Positions 1 through 8,845 are shown, numbered from the stretch's first letter. The stretch: 64,000 nt of DNA from Candidatus Moranbacteria bacterium GW2011_GWC2_40_12 (GCA_000995965.1 LBYD01000002.1:270563-334562); one strand, 5' to 3'. Program-made: numbers and translations. The notes: a model not told the origin generated them from the sequence alone.

Positions 1-3
1 TAT

Positions 4-74
4 CGGGCTGTCGTATACTGGCAGTACGCGTGCTTTGGGAGCACGTTGACTGGGTTCGATTCCCAGCAGCCCGA
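4..74 (+). tRNA. tRNA-Pro(TGG)
   Basis: Acceptor stem CGGGCTG/CAGCCCG, anticodon arm CGTGC-TT-TGG-GA-GCACG, T-loop GTTCGATTC; no encoded CCA. Confidence 0.93.
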
Positions 75-115
75 AAAAAATTGAACCGGGTAGTATAGTG
101 TGGTAGTATGGTAGT

Positions 116-787
116 ATGAATAAAAGAAAAGAAAAAGCATTTTTATTAAGAAAAAAGGGATATTCCTATAATATGATCACGGATCGTTTAGGGATAAGTA
201 AAAGTACGCTAAGCTGTTGGTTCAAGGAAATTCCCTTTACTCCGAATAAATACGTAATCGGAAGAATTAAGAAGGGACCATTTAAATCAGGACAAATTAG
301 GCACAACCAGAGGGTTGCGGACATTGCAAAAATAAAAAAGCTTGCGAAAAATGAACTCGGTACAATTACAAAAAGGGATTTATGGATGCTTGGATTAGGA
401 TTATACATTGGAGAAGGATCAAAGGCTTATGAAACGGCGCAGATTATCAATTCAGATCCTGCCATTGTGAAGTTGGCGATCAAGTGGTTCAAGGATATTT
501 GCGGAATCGATAACGATCATATTACAATTGCAATGCATCTTTATCCAGATAATAATGAGAAAGAATGCAGAGATTATTGGAAAAAGATCACCGGTCTTTC
601 GAAAAAACAGTTTAGGAAAACGCAGATAGACCGAAGATTGGACAAATCCAGTAGCAAGAGGAGAAAATTACTTTATGGAACCGTTCTGTTATCCATAATC
701 AGCAATGGAGATTCTAATTTTGGAGTAAACCTTCATCGAAGGATAATGGGCTGGATTGAAAGTAGTTTAGTTCAGGCAAAAAAATAA
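116..787 (+). CDS. HTH plus LAGLIDADG-like protein (tRNA-associated hypothetical)
   Basis: N-terminal HTH (GYSYNMITDRLGISKSTLSCW), then LGLGLYIGEGSK...INSD resembling a single LAGLIDADG motif; lies between two tRNAs. Confidence 0.65.
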   Translation: MNKRKEKAFLLRKKGYSYNMITDRLGISKSTLSCWFKEIPFTPNKYVIGRIKKGPFKSGQIRHNQRVADIAKIKKLAKNELGTITKRDLWMLGLGLYIGEGSKAYETAQIINSDPAIVKLAIKWFKDICGIDNDHITIAMHLYPDNNEKECRDYWKKITGLSKKQFRKTQIDRRLDKSSSKRRKLLYGTVLLSIISNGDSNFGVNLHRRIMGWIESSLVQAKK

Positions 788-792
788 AATAT

Positions 793-864
793 GCGGGTAT
801 AGTATAATGGTTATTATGCGACTCTTCCAAAGTCGATATGCGGGTTCGATTCCCGCTACCCGCT
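793..864 (+). tRNA. tRNA-Gly(TCC)
   Basis: GCGGGTA/TACCCGC acceptor, CGACT-CT-TCC-AA-AGTCG anticodon arm, GTTCGATTC T-loop. Confidence 0.95.
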
Positions 865-947
865 CACTTCTTCGCTCCTTGCGGAGCTTCGAAGCGCAAG
901 CACTGCAGATTTATTGAAAACAGTTATGGAATAAAGAAGGAAGAAGT

Positions 948-977
948 GCCCTGCGTAGCTTTATGCGAAGCATGGGC
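948..977. repeat. Palindromic element upstream of the GIY-YIG gene
   Basis: GCCCTGCGTAGCTTTATGCGAAGCATGGGC folds as a hairpin; related to 32299-32334. Confidence 0.55.
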
Positions 978-986
978 GATTATTGT

Positions 987-1229
987 ATGTATTATGTTTA
1001 CGTTTTAAGAAGTATAAAATTCTTAAATCAAGTTTATACCGGCTCTACGGCAGATTTGAGAAAAAGGCTGAGGTCACACAACGAGGGATCAAACAAGCAC
1101 ACAAGTAAATTCAGACCTTGGAAAGTTGTTTGGTACGGTGCATTTTCAACAAGAGAAAAGGCTGAAAGATTTGAAAAATACTTGAAAACTGCTTCTGGGA
1201 TAGCTTTTAAGAGAAAAAGGCTTATTTGA
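987..1229 (+). CDS. Small GIY-YIG nuclease family protein
   Basis: MYYVYVLRS...YTGST.DL..RL..HN...T...RPW...A...E.YLK pattern; ATG at 987 preferred over 963. Confidence 0.9.
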   Translation: MYYVYVLRSIKFLNQVYTGSTADLRKRLRSHNEGSNKHTSKFRPWKVVWYGAFSTREKAERFEKYLKTASGIAFKRKRLI

Positions 1230-1325
1230 ATCCAAATTACAACTTTTTCTGTCTTCGTTAAAATTGGCTTGTTTGAGCCTTTTTTGTTTCTGGCGAATTT
1301 ATTTGTAACTTGTTAGAATTAACGC

Positions 1326-2273
1326 ATGGAACAAGTAGGTAAAAAAGATAAATTGCTCAAAAGTGAAATAACAGCAGCGGCCGTTTTTTTTCAATTGGGA
1401 ACAGTATTTTCTTATTCGCTTATCGGAAGAGGCAACATAAATTCTAATTATATACTTCTGACTAATAGCGGAAAATACTTGCTTAGGGCATATAAGTTCA
1501 AAACAGAAAAAGAGATTATCAGTGAGCTTGGGCTATTAAATTATTTATCTCGGAAGGGTTTTCCATGTCCAATCCCGGTTGGAAATATCTATAAAACTAA
1601 AAAGAAAAACATTTGTTGCTTCAAATATATTGAAGGACGAGAGTTGAAAAAGGTAACTGACAAAAAACTGAGGGAAATAGCAAATCTAATGGCTAATTTG
1701 CATATTTTGACCCGAAATTACCACTTGAAAAATAAGCGAGAAGGTGAAGGTCTGGCGGTTATAAAGCGTTATCTGAAAAATAAAAAAGGCGTCATCTTAA
1801 AAAGTAAATTCAGAAACAGTCAAAAATTTATTGACTTTCTTGAATCTGAAATAAAAAAGCTGCATTTTGACAGTAATTTACCAAGTGGCGCAATACATGT
1901 TGATGTGAAAGCGGAAAATGTTATTTTAGGAAAAGACGGTCGGTTGAGCTTTATTGATTTCGACAATTTTTATCTGGATTCTTTTATTACGGATATCGCC
2001 AACGCTATAATGTGGCTTTGTGTAAATAAGGATCAAAAAAAGCTGGATAGGCGAAAAGCAAAGATTTTTTTGACTGAATATGGAGCTATAAGAAAATTGA
2101 CCAAAAAAGAAATAGCGAATTTACATGAGAATTATAAATTCTACTGTCTGAAAGGAGCATTCAAGTATGCCTATATTTGTCTCCCGAGACTGAAATTTGC
2201 CGAACGCTGGGCATATTATTTCGTTGAACTATACAAAAATATTTCAAAACAAGATATTAGCTGTAAATTTTGA
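1326..2273 (+). CDS. Phosphotransferase (APH / type II homoserine kinase-like)
   Basis: Brenner motif HVDVKAENV, DFD metal-binding motif, N-terminal GNINSNY and YLLR. Confidence 0.82.
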   Translation: MEQVGKKDKLLKSEITAAAVFFQLGTVFSYSLIGRGNINSNYILLTNSGKYLLRAYKFKTEKEIISELGLLNYLSRKGFPCPIPVGNIYKTKKKNICCFKYIEGRELKKVTDKKLREIANLMANLHILTRNYHLKNKREGEGLAVIKRYLKNKKGVILKSKFRNSQKFIDFLESEIKKLHFDSNLPSGAIHVDVKAENVILGKDGRLSFIDFDNFYLDSFITDIANAIMWLCVNKDQKKLDRRKAKIFLTEYGAIRKLTKKEIANLHENYKFYCLKGAFKYAYICLPRLKFAERWAYYFVELYKNISKQDISCKF

Positions 2274-2286
2274 AGGACGAATTACT

Positions 2287-3195
2287 ATGATTGAGTCAGA
2301 AAGAAAAAAAGAAAAAGAGCCGCATTTCAAAGTGCCGATAATTGATATTTTCCGTCATGGTGAAACCGAATATAAAGAACTGGCAGATCCGAATTTTATG
2401 TTGAATCCTGATGCTCCTGGATTTGCTCTGGATGCTGAACACCTGGATTTAACCGAAGAAGGGATTAGAAATATTCAAGAAGCCGCTGAACAATTGGCTT
2501 TAATAATTGATAAAGAAAAAGAAGCAGTTATTCTCGTAACCAGTCCGCAGCTTAGAGCGTTGTCTTCGATAATGATTATCGAGAAGGTTTTTGCCGAGCA
2601 TGGGATCATTATGCTTAATTCCACTTCTGAAAAAAGGAAGGGCATATCGAAAGGCATAAAAAATTCATCATTGGGGCTTGGACAAATATCCTTTAGGGAA
2701 GATCTAAAAAATGCGGGATTTGGAAAAATATGGCTGAAAGCACATAAACAATATGGAATTGAACATCCTGAAGCCAAAAACATACCACCAGCAGAAGTCC
2801 ATGGGTTAGTTGCCACCGCTCTCGGGAAGGAACTTCCAGATATTTTTTCAAAAAGCCATGACGAAATTGCTTCCGGATTCAAACGATTCTTGAGGCATCT
2901 CATAAATATTGAAATATATCTTCAGAATGGAACGAAGCAGCAATTAGCTGGTAGGCGGTTGCGGATAGTTTTGGTTACCCATGAAGAAAGAATAATGGAA
3001 TTTGCCCAACAATCCTTGGATTTAGAAAAAACGGTGGCTAAGGGTCAGCTTCTTGAAATTAATCCAAAAGGTATAATAAAAAAAGACCAGGAAGCTGAGG
3101 CAGATGTACGGCTTTTTGGCAAAAGGGGAGAGCTGGACTTGTCATCGAGGATAAAGATGAAATTTTCACAAGACGGTCTTTCCATTGGACACTAA
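2287..3195 (+). CDS. Histidine phosphatase (phosphoglycerate mutase-like) family protein
   Basis: RHGET, LTEEG, TSPQLRA and LVTHE motifs; ATG 2287 chosen to avoid overlap. Confidence 0.8.
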   Translation: MIESERKKEKEPHFKVPIIDIFRHGETEYKELADPNFMLNPDAPGFALDAEHLDLTEEGIRNIQEAAEQLALIIDKEKEAVILVTSPQLRALSSIMIIEKVFAEHGIIMLNSTSEKRKGISKGIKNSSLGLGQISFREDLKNAGFGKIWLKAHKQYGIEHPEAKNIPPAEVHGLVATALGKELPDIFSKSHDEIASGFKRFLRHLINIEIYLQNGTKQQLAGRRLRIVLVTHEERIMEFAQQSLDLEKTVAKGQLLEINPKGIIKKDQEAEADVRLFGKRGELDLSSRIKMKFSQDGLSIGH

Positions 3196-3399
3196 ATCCT
3201 TGTTGAACGTTTTTTTCCCATAAATTCAGTTCTAATCGCGTGAAGTAGACAGCTAAAATTTTACTTGAAATTAGTTTACTAATGTGCTATAATATTAACA
3301 ATGGAACGGGTGAAGTCCCGTTCTTTTGCATTTTTAAATGAAATTAGAATAAAAACAGGCCTCAACAGCGTGAAAAAGGGGACAAATAAAAAGAAAAAA

Positions 3400-3969
3400 A
3401 TGACAAGCAAAAAAATATTGATAAAAAGGGTATCGACGCCTGAAGATTTTTTCTTTGGCTTTTTGGTGGCGGTTTCATTGGTATTCGTCCTTTTGTGTTT
3501 TCGGAGTGTCGCAGCTATTCCGGTTTCGTTGCCGCAGCTTACGCAGTCAAAGGGACCAAATGAAATGGAAAAAAATATTCGAAAAATGGCCAAAGGATAT
3601 CCGATTGAAGAAATGGCTCCTTTTATTGCCGGGAAAAACAAAAAAGTCGCGGCGTTTCTCGTGGCGATAGCCAAAAAAGAAAGCAACTGGGGAGTCCACT
3701 CTCCGAAAAAACAGGGAAAAAACTGTTTCAATTACTGGGGATATCGGGGTCCGGAAAATCCAACCGCGTCGGGATACAGCTGTTTTTCTTCACCGCGCCA
3801 GGCGGTCAATGTCGTCGGGAAAAGAATCAATAGTCTTGTTTCCCAAAAAGTGGACACTCCGCGCGAAATGGTCATGTGGAAATGCGGAGACGCGTGCACG
3901 CGAAGCGGCGCTCGGGGAGAGGCCAAGTGGGTGCGGGATGTTGGATTTTATTACGATAAAGTGCTATAA
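3400..3969 (+). CDS. Membrane-anchored lysozyme-fold / glucosaminidase-like protein (putative)
   Basis: N-terminal TM helix; AIAKKESNWG...NYWGY...CFSS resembles GH73/lysozyme-like catalytic motifs; start could be 3301. Confidence 0.5.
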   Translation: MTSKKILIKRVSTPEDFFFGFLVAVSLVFVLLCFRSVAAIPVSLPQLTQSKGPNEMEKNIRKMAKGYPIEEMAPFIAGKNKKVAAFLVAIAKKESNWGVHSPKKQGKNCFNYWGYRGPENPTASGYSCFSSPRQAVNVVGKRINSLVSQKVDTPREMVMWKCGDACTRSGARGEAKWVRDVGFYYDKVL

Positions 3970-3992
3970 TCATAACGTAAAACTTCCAAAAT

Positions 3993-4706
3993 ATGGGCGT
4001 AAAAAATATTTTTTCTCACAAAAAGAAACTTTCGCAAAAAAAGTTTGGAAAAAGATACTTCAAAGACGCAAGAATGGGGGAAGTATTTGGAAATCAGCAA
4101 ATTAGCAAAGCTCTGGACAAAACCAAAGAAAAAAATGAATTTTATGATATGCTGAAAAGCAAGAAAGCAGGCGGGGTGACGAAGCAGGAAATGAAGGAAG
4201 GTCTCGGAGAATGGATGGCCGGCAAAGGACGGACAATAAGCAGAAAAGAAGCCTATGCCGTCGCGAAAGAATTTTTCGGCGGCGAAAAAGTGAAGTATAT
4301 AATGCCGAAGAAAAAGGCGAGCTCGTCAGGTTATGCCGGCAATTCCGGCGCTTTTAGCGGGGCGGGAGGAGCCAGCCAAAATTTTCAAAAAAGCACAGGA
4401 TTATTTGGGAATGCTCCGATAAGCCTTCACAAATCAATTCCCGACAGCCAAAAAAACATTGCATATGGTGATACAAAAATACATAAAAAGGCTTCTTCCC
4501 GCGCCCAAACCCCTTCGCAAAACCAGGGAGGGGATCGCAATGCGTCCAGCAGGGATGCTCAGTCAACAGCGAAAGCAAGGTCAATTGCCCCGGGATTAGC
4601 GGCGATTGTTGGTTTGTCGGGAACCATGAAAAGCAAAGACAGCAAGGCAATCAAGGGCGATTTTTTCCGGGCGATAAACGCGACAAGAAGAAACATTCGC
4701 AGCTGA
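3993..4706 (+). CDS. Hypothetical protein (basic, low-complexity C-terminus)
   Basis: 237-aa ORF co-oriented with neighbours. Confidence 0.7.
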   Translation: MGVKNIFSHKKKLSQKKFGKRYFKDARMGEVFGNQQISKALDKTKEKNEFYDMLKSKKAGGVTKQEMKEGLGEWMAGKGRTISRKEAYAVAKEFFGGEKVKYIMPKKKASSSGYAGNSGAFSGAGGASQNFQKSTGLFGNAPISLHKSIPDSQKNIAYGDTKIHKKASSRAQTPSQNQGGDRNASSRDAQSTAKARSIAPGLAAIVGLSGTMKSKDSKAIKGDFFRAINATRRNIRS

Positions 4707-4739
4707 TTATTTCATCAAAAAAAATTCAAATAAAAAAAT

Positions 4740-5663
4740 ATGGCTATAGGCAGTATGATTTTGATTGTCTTAGGATTGTGCTTGTTCGAAATAATAAGCA
4801 GTATAGATAATGCCGTCATCAACGCCGAAGTTTTGTCAACCATGTCACCCAAAGCCCGAAGGTGGTTTCTTTTCTGGGGTCTTTTGTTCGCGGTGGTTAT
4901 TGTTCGCGGGCTTTTGCCGTGGGCCATTGTCTGGGCGACAAATTCTTCGCTCGGTCCGATTGGAGCGCTCACTGCGACCTTCAGTAATAATCCGCATATC
5001 AAAGAAGCTATCGAAACTTCAGCGCCGGTCCTTTTGTCCGGTGGCGGAACTTTCTTGATTTTTTTATTTTTCCACTGGCTTTTCATCGAGCCGAAAAGCT
5101 ACGGGCTCCGGGGTGAAAGATTTTTTCATTCCCAGGGCATCTGGTTTTACGCGGTTGTTTCGGTAATCTTGGCAATCTTAGTCTGGCTTACGCTCAAAAT
5201 CAACCCTATGATGGCCTTTGGAACGGTGGTGGGATCGACCGCCTTTTTCATTACGCATGGCTTCAAGCAAAATGCGGAGCAAAAAGAAAAAGAGCTGAGA
5301 TCGGGAAAAAGCAAATTGTCGGATATCAGCAAAATCCTTTATCTCGAGGTTATTGACACCACTTTTTCCATTGACGGGGTTCTGGGAGCCTTCGCTTTCA
5401 CGCTTTCGGTTCCTTTGATTTTGGTTGGAAACGGAATTGGGGCGCTGGTTCTCCGCCAATTGACGGTCGGAAACATTGACCGGATAAAAAAATATATTTT
5501 TCTCAAAAACGGCGCGATGTACTCCATTCTTTTTCTGGGGATTATCATGTTGCTGGACGCTTTTGGAATGCATATTCCCAGCTGGTTTTCGCCGGTTGTC
5601 ACCTTCGCCGTCATTGGGTATTTTTATCTGAAATCAGTGAAAGCGGCGAATCAAAAAGGATGA
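4740..5663 (+). CDS. DUF475 / TerC-like integral membrane protein
   Basis: EIISSIDNAVINA and YLEVIDTTFSIDGVLGAFA motifs; multiple TM helices. Confidence 0.88.
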   Translation: MAIGSMILIVLGLCLFEIISSIDNAVINAEVLSTMSPKARRWFLFWGLLFAVVIVRGLLPWAIVWATNSSLGPIGALTATFSNNPHIKEAIETSAPVLLSGGGTFLIFLFFHWLFIEPKSYGLRGERFFHSQGIWFYAVVSVILAILVWLTLKINPMMAFGTVVGSTAFFITHGFKQNAEQKEKELRSGKSKLSDISKILYLEVIDTTFSIDGVLGAFAFTLSVPLILVGNGIGALVLRQLTVGNIDRIKKYIFLKNGAMYSILFLGIIMLLDAFGMHIPSWFSPVVTFAVIGYFYLKSVKAANQKG

Positions 5664-5745
5664 AATTTGCATGCCTGATCTGAGGAAAATAGATCGTCTT
5701 CAAAAAATAACAAATTTGATATATTGAATTATAAGAATTAATCTA

Positions 5746-5855
5746 CCCCCACACCAATCCCGAGAAATTTTCGTGCAAATTCATGAAAGAAAGCGAAGCA
5801 ACTTCGCCTTTCGTCTGTTTGTAAGCATAATTAGCGAATAGGATTGGTATGAGGG
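5746..5855. repeat. Inverted-repeat bounded structured element
   Basis: CCCCCACACCAATCC ... GGATTGGTATGAGGG (13/15 complementary) with an internal GCGAAG-CAA-CTTCGC hairpin. Confidence 0.5.
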
Positions 5856-5864
5856 CGAGCGAAA

Positions 5865-6518
5865 ATGAGGAGGAAAACAAAAAAAACAGGAAAAAAATGT
5901 TGCTTACCGCAGAATCTCGCGGGCGCGGCGAGATCTGACCAGCTTCTTATTGCCGGATTGGTGGTTGTCATTGTCTTATCCGCGGTTGTGAGCGCAAGAG
6001 TGCTTTGTTCTGGGAAGAAGCAATGGATGGGCGATAAGAAATGGTCGCGCGGAAGCGACATTCAGAATATGCAGACGCAAATCAACGCTCTCAGAAAAGA
6101 AGTTGCCAAAAGCAAAGCGAGAACATCCAGTGATGCAGCAGTTCAGACAGCGCCAGCCGGTGAGACAACTTCCGCCGCTTTTGAAAAAGCGGTGAATAGC
6201 AAGGATTTTGCCAAAATTGAATCGCTTATGTCTGCGCGGATCTATTATGTCGTTGACGCGAGTGACTGCTGCGGTGACATCACCAAAAAAGAAGCAGTGG
6301 CGCATCTCAAAAACTATATCCGCGACGCGAAGTCTTTTGATTTTGACCAAAACCAGCAGGTTATCAGGCAAATGAAAGTCAATTTGGCCGACACTTTCGC
6401 CAAATACACAATCGGCATTGCCAATAACCGGATGGTGCTGTCGTATCACCTCGACAAACAGGGGAAGGTGGATGACCTCATGCTTTCCGCTTCGCACCTT
6501 ATGTATGATTTGGAATAG
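5865..6518 (+). CDS. Exported/membrane-anchored hypothetical protein
   Basis: N-terminal TM segment, coiled coil, globular C-terminal domain. Confidence 0.75.
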   Translation: MRRKTKKTGKKCCLPQNLAGAARSDQLLIAGLVVVIVLSAVVSARVLCSGKKQWMGDKKWSRGSDIQNMQTQINALRKEVAKSKARTSSDAAVQTAPAGETTSAAFEKAVNSKDFAKIESLMSARIYYVVDASDCCGDITKKEAVAHLKNYIRDAKSFDFDQNQQVIRQMKVNLADTFAKYTIGIANNRMVLSYHLDKQGKVDDLMLSASHLMYDLE

Positions 6519-6545
6519 TCGTTGAGTTCGAAAATATATAATCCA

Positions 6546-6572
6546 GCAAAACACCCCGCGGGGTGTTTTTGC
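6546..6572 (+). terminator. Rho-independent terminator
   Basis: AAAACACCCC-GC-GGGGTGTTTTT hairpin after the 6518 stop. Confidence 0.7.
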
Positions 6573-6583
6573 ATGCAATAGCC

Positions 6584-6629
6584 CTTTCTGTATCCTGGAA
6601 AAATGCCTTGTTTTGAGGCGTTTTTTGTT
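6584..6629. repeat. Direct repeat copy 1 (hairpin-containing, about 46 bp)
   Basis: About 39/46 identical to 7774-7820. Confidence 0.7.
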
Positions 6630-6641
6630 AAGTGCGGGCAC

Positions 6642-6670
6642 TTGACAAAATAAATAAACCTTGCTATGAA
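6642..6670 (+). promoter_or_regulatory. Sigma70-type promoter
   Basis: TTGACA-N17-TATGAA with TG extension. Confidence 0.5.
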
Positions 6671-6734
6671 GATACATTGTAATTTAACAATTTATACGCC
6701 AAATTAATCTTTAAATAAAGGAAGGAACACTACG

Positions 6735-7076
6735 ATGAGACTCGAGATGCGCGGTAATAATGTCCTGTTTTGTGTTCAAAGCCTGAAGAACAGCAATGAA
6801 CTGACCAGTACCATGAAATCAGGCGAGCTGGTTGTAACTGGAAATGCAACCCCTTTTGTGCTTCGAAAAATGTGGCAGGGAAAAATCGAGAACATGACGA
6901 GGGAATTTCAAACCTACATCTCCGTTATATCCTTTGAGCGGACCAGAAGTACGAGATTTACGAAGGCAGGATATGTAGGTCTCATGATCGGCAACAGCCA
7001 AGGCCAGATGTTGGTTTACATCAAGAAGGTCTTCCTTAAGGAGTTCTTCTCTGCAATCTGTATGGCGTCGGTATAA
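6735..7076 (+). CDS. Hypothetical protein
   Basis: SD AAGGAAGG upstream; first of three small ORFs. Confidence 0.65.
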   Translation: MRLEMRGNNVLFCVQSLKNSNELTSTMKSGELVVTGNATPFVLRKMWQGKIENMTREFQTYISVISFERTRSTRFTKAGYVGLMIGNSQGQMLVYIKKVFLKEFFSAICMASV

Positions 7077-7115
7077 AATAAACCAAGAAGTTAAAGCGGG
7101 GGAGGAGGACGTCGT

Positions 7116-7331
7116 ATGAAAAAAGTTGTTCTTACGTGCAAACCCGGCTATGGCTTTGGGGCTAATATGGGTCCGAAAATTTGTGCGCGCGGGTACTTTG
7201 TTCGCCAAGATGACGAAGATGTCATTGAGGTGGAATCCATTGAAAGGGGGGACCGCCTGGAGATCCTCTTCACCCCTGAGCTCATTCAATCATTGGAAGA
7301 AAGAGGGGTGATTGTGACCGTAGACCCTTGA
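7116..7331 (+). CDS. Small hypothetical protein (possible paralog of 42900-43154)
   Basis: Strong SD GGAGGAGG; shared KVVLT, RG[FY] and L..xG[IV] pattern. Confidence 0.7.
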   Translation: MKKVVLTCKPGYGFGANMGPKICARGYFVRQDDEDVIEVESIERGDRLEILFTPELIQSLEERGVIVTVDP

Positions 7332-7359
7332 AGCATTTTCAGGAAAAGGAGATGATTTT

Positions 7360-7635
7360 ATGAAGTGCGACTTCTGTAATAAAGATATACCTGAAGGTGG
7401 TCCTTTTAAGGAGGGCGTCACTGTGGGAACTAACGAAGAAGCCGCGCTTTGTGATGGACCTTCTCTGGGAGAAGCTGTCCGTTCCCGTCTTATCGCAACT
7501 GGGTATGTTATACCCTTTAATCCTTCGCCTGAACAGATTACTGAGATTTCCAGTTTGGGACTCTGTGCCGTAGTGTATCAAAACCTGCAGGCGCTTCAGG
7601 GAAACATGGTCATCGTTAACAAGCGTACGCCCTAA
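7360..7635 (+). CDS. Small hypothetical protein with N-terminal CxxC
   Basis: SD AAGGAG; begins MKCDFC. Confidence 0.65.
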   Translation: MKCDFCNKDIPEGGPFKEGVTVGTNEEAALCDGPSLGEAVRSRLIATGYVIPFNPSPEQITEISSLGLCAVVYQNLQALQGNMVIVNKRTP

Positions 7636-7654
7636 AAATGGGGCAATGGCCAGG

Positions 7655-7689
7655 GGCCCATCAATGAATCACGATGGGCCTTCTTTTTT
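7655..7689 (+). terminator. Terminator of the three-ORF cassette
   Basis: GGCCCCATC...GATGGGCC followed by TTCTTTTTT. Confidence 0.6.
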
Positions 7690-7773
7690 AACAACAAAAT
7701 TTACTGCAATAGCGACATATACTAGTCCATTTTTATAATTCCCCGAATGTTTGGTTTCTGACCCTCATATCAT

Positions 7774-7820
7774 CTTTTTGTAGCCCGGAAAAATGCCTCA
7801 TTTCGAGGTGTTTTTTTGTT
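7774..7820. repeat. Direct repeat copy 2
   Basis: CTTTTTGTAGCCCGGAAAAATGCCTCATTTCGAGGTGTTTTTTTGTT, matches 6584-6629. Confidence 0.7.
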
Positions 7821-7892
7821 TGACTTCCTTATTCGTCCCACCTAATATTTAATTATATGGTAAAATTAAAGAACATAGATAAATGAATCCAT

Positions 7893-7911
7893 CCCAACAT
7901 TGAATGTTGGG
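7893..7911. repeat. REP-like palindrome (AACATT-N-AATGTT family)
   Basis: CCCAACATTGAATGTTGGG; related copies at 30576-30598 and 62045-62061. Confidence 0.55.
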
Positions 7912-7920
7912 GTGAAATGC

Positions 7921-7948
7921 TTGACAGAGGCCAAGATAGTGATATAGT
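7921..7948 (+). promoter_or_regulatory. Sigma70-type promoter
   Basis: TTGACA-N16-TATAGT. Confidence 0.55.
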
Positions 7949-8001
7949 GATAGTGTGTTATCCGGGCAGGCTATCTTTATTATTAGAAACAGAAATAAAC
8001 G

Positions 8002-8841
8002 ATGAAAAAAGAAGAGAGAATTGCCATTTTTGAAGGCAAAAAAATCCGCCGGCAGTGGGATGAAAAAGAAGAAAAATGGTATTTTTCGGTTGTTGATATT
8101 GTCCAATTGTTAATTCAGCAAGACAACTATCAAGTTGCCAGAAAATACTGGAATAAGCTCAAAGAAAGGCTTAATAAAGAGGGAAATGAGTCGGTGACAA
8201 ATTGTCACCAACTGAAATTTATGGCTAATGACGGCAAATATTACGCAACTGATGCAGCCGATACAGAGACTCTATTACGTCTTGTTCAATCGGTGCCTAG
8301 CCCCAAGGCCGAACCGATTAAGTTGTGGCTGGCGCGAGTGGGATATGAAAGGATAGAGGAAATAAACGACCCGGAAAAAGCCCTCAATCGTAGTCGCGCT
8401 TATTGGCAAAGAATGGGCCGGAGCCAGAAATGGATCCAGCAAAGAATGATGGGGCAGGGAATCAGGAACAAGCTGACGGATTATTGGAAAAATAATGAAG
8501 TCAAAGAGCGGGACGAATACGCTATTCTCACAAACATAATCCACGAGGAGTGGAGCGATTTATCAGTAAAGGAGCATAAAAATTTGAAAAAACTGGAAAG
8601 AGAAAATCTGCGCGACCATATGACAGACGCGGAATTGGTTTTTACAGCTCTTGCTGAACTCTCCACTCGCCAGATCGCCGAAACTATGGAAACCAAGGGC
8701 TTGGAAGAAAACAAAATCCCGGCCAAACGTGGCGGACAGGTTGCGAAAAACGCCAGACTTGAACTGGAACAAAAAACCGGAAAAAGAGTTGTGACAGATG
8801 AAAATTTGAAGTTACATTATATAAAAAAGATAAAATCTTGA
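8002..8841 (+). CDS. Bro-N domain protein (phage antirepressor-like)
   Basis: IRRQWD...WYFSVVDIV, RKYWNKLK.RL, LLRLVQSVPSPKAEP.KLWLA, NLRDHMT motifs. Confidence 0.88.
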   Translation: MKKEERIAIFEGKKIRRQWDEKEEKWYFSVVDIVQLLIQQDNYQVARKYWNKLKERLNKEGNESVTNCHQLKFMANDGKYYATDAADTETLLRLVQSVPSPKAEPIKLWLARVGYERIEEINDPEKALNRSRAYWQRMGRSQKWIQQRMMGQGIRNKLTDYWKNNEVKERDEYAILTNIIHEEWSDLSVKEHKNLKKLERENLRDHMTDAELVFTALAELSTRQIAETMETKGLEENKIPAKRGGQVAKNARLELEQKTGKRVVTDENLKLHYIKKIKS

Positions 8842-8845
8842 AAAA

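Noticed and set aside
8002-8841. Prophage suggested by Bro-N, XRE/ImmA and holin-like genes
   Set aside because: The genes are scattered among core loci, with no integrase, terminase, capsid or tail genes
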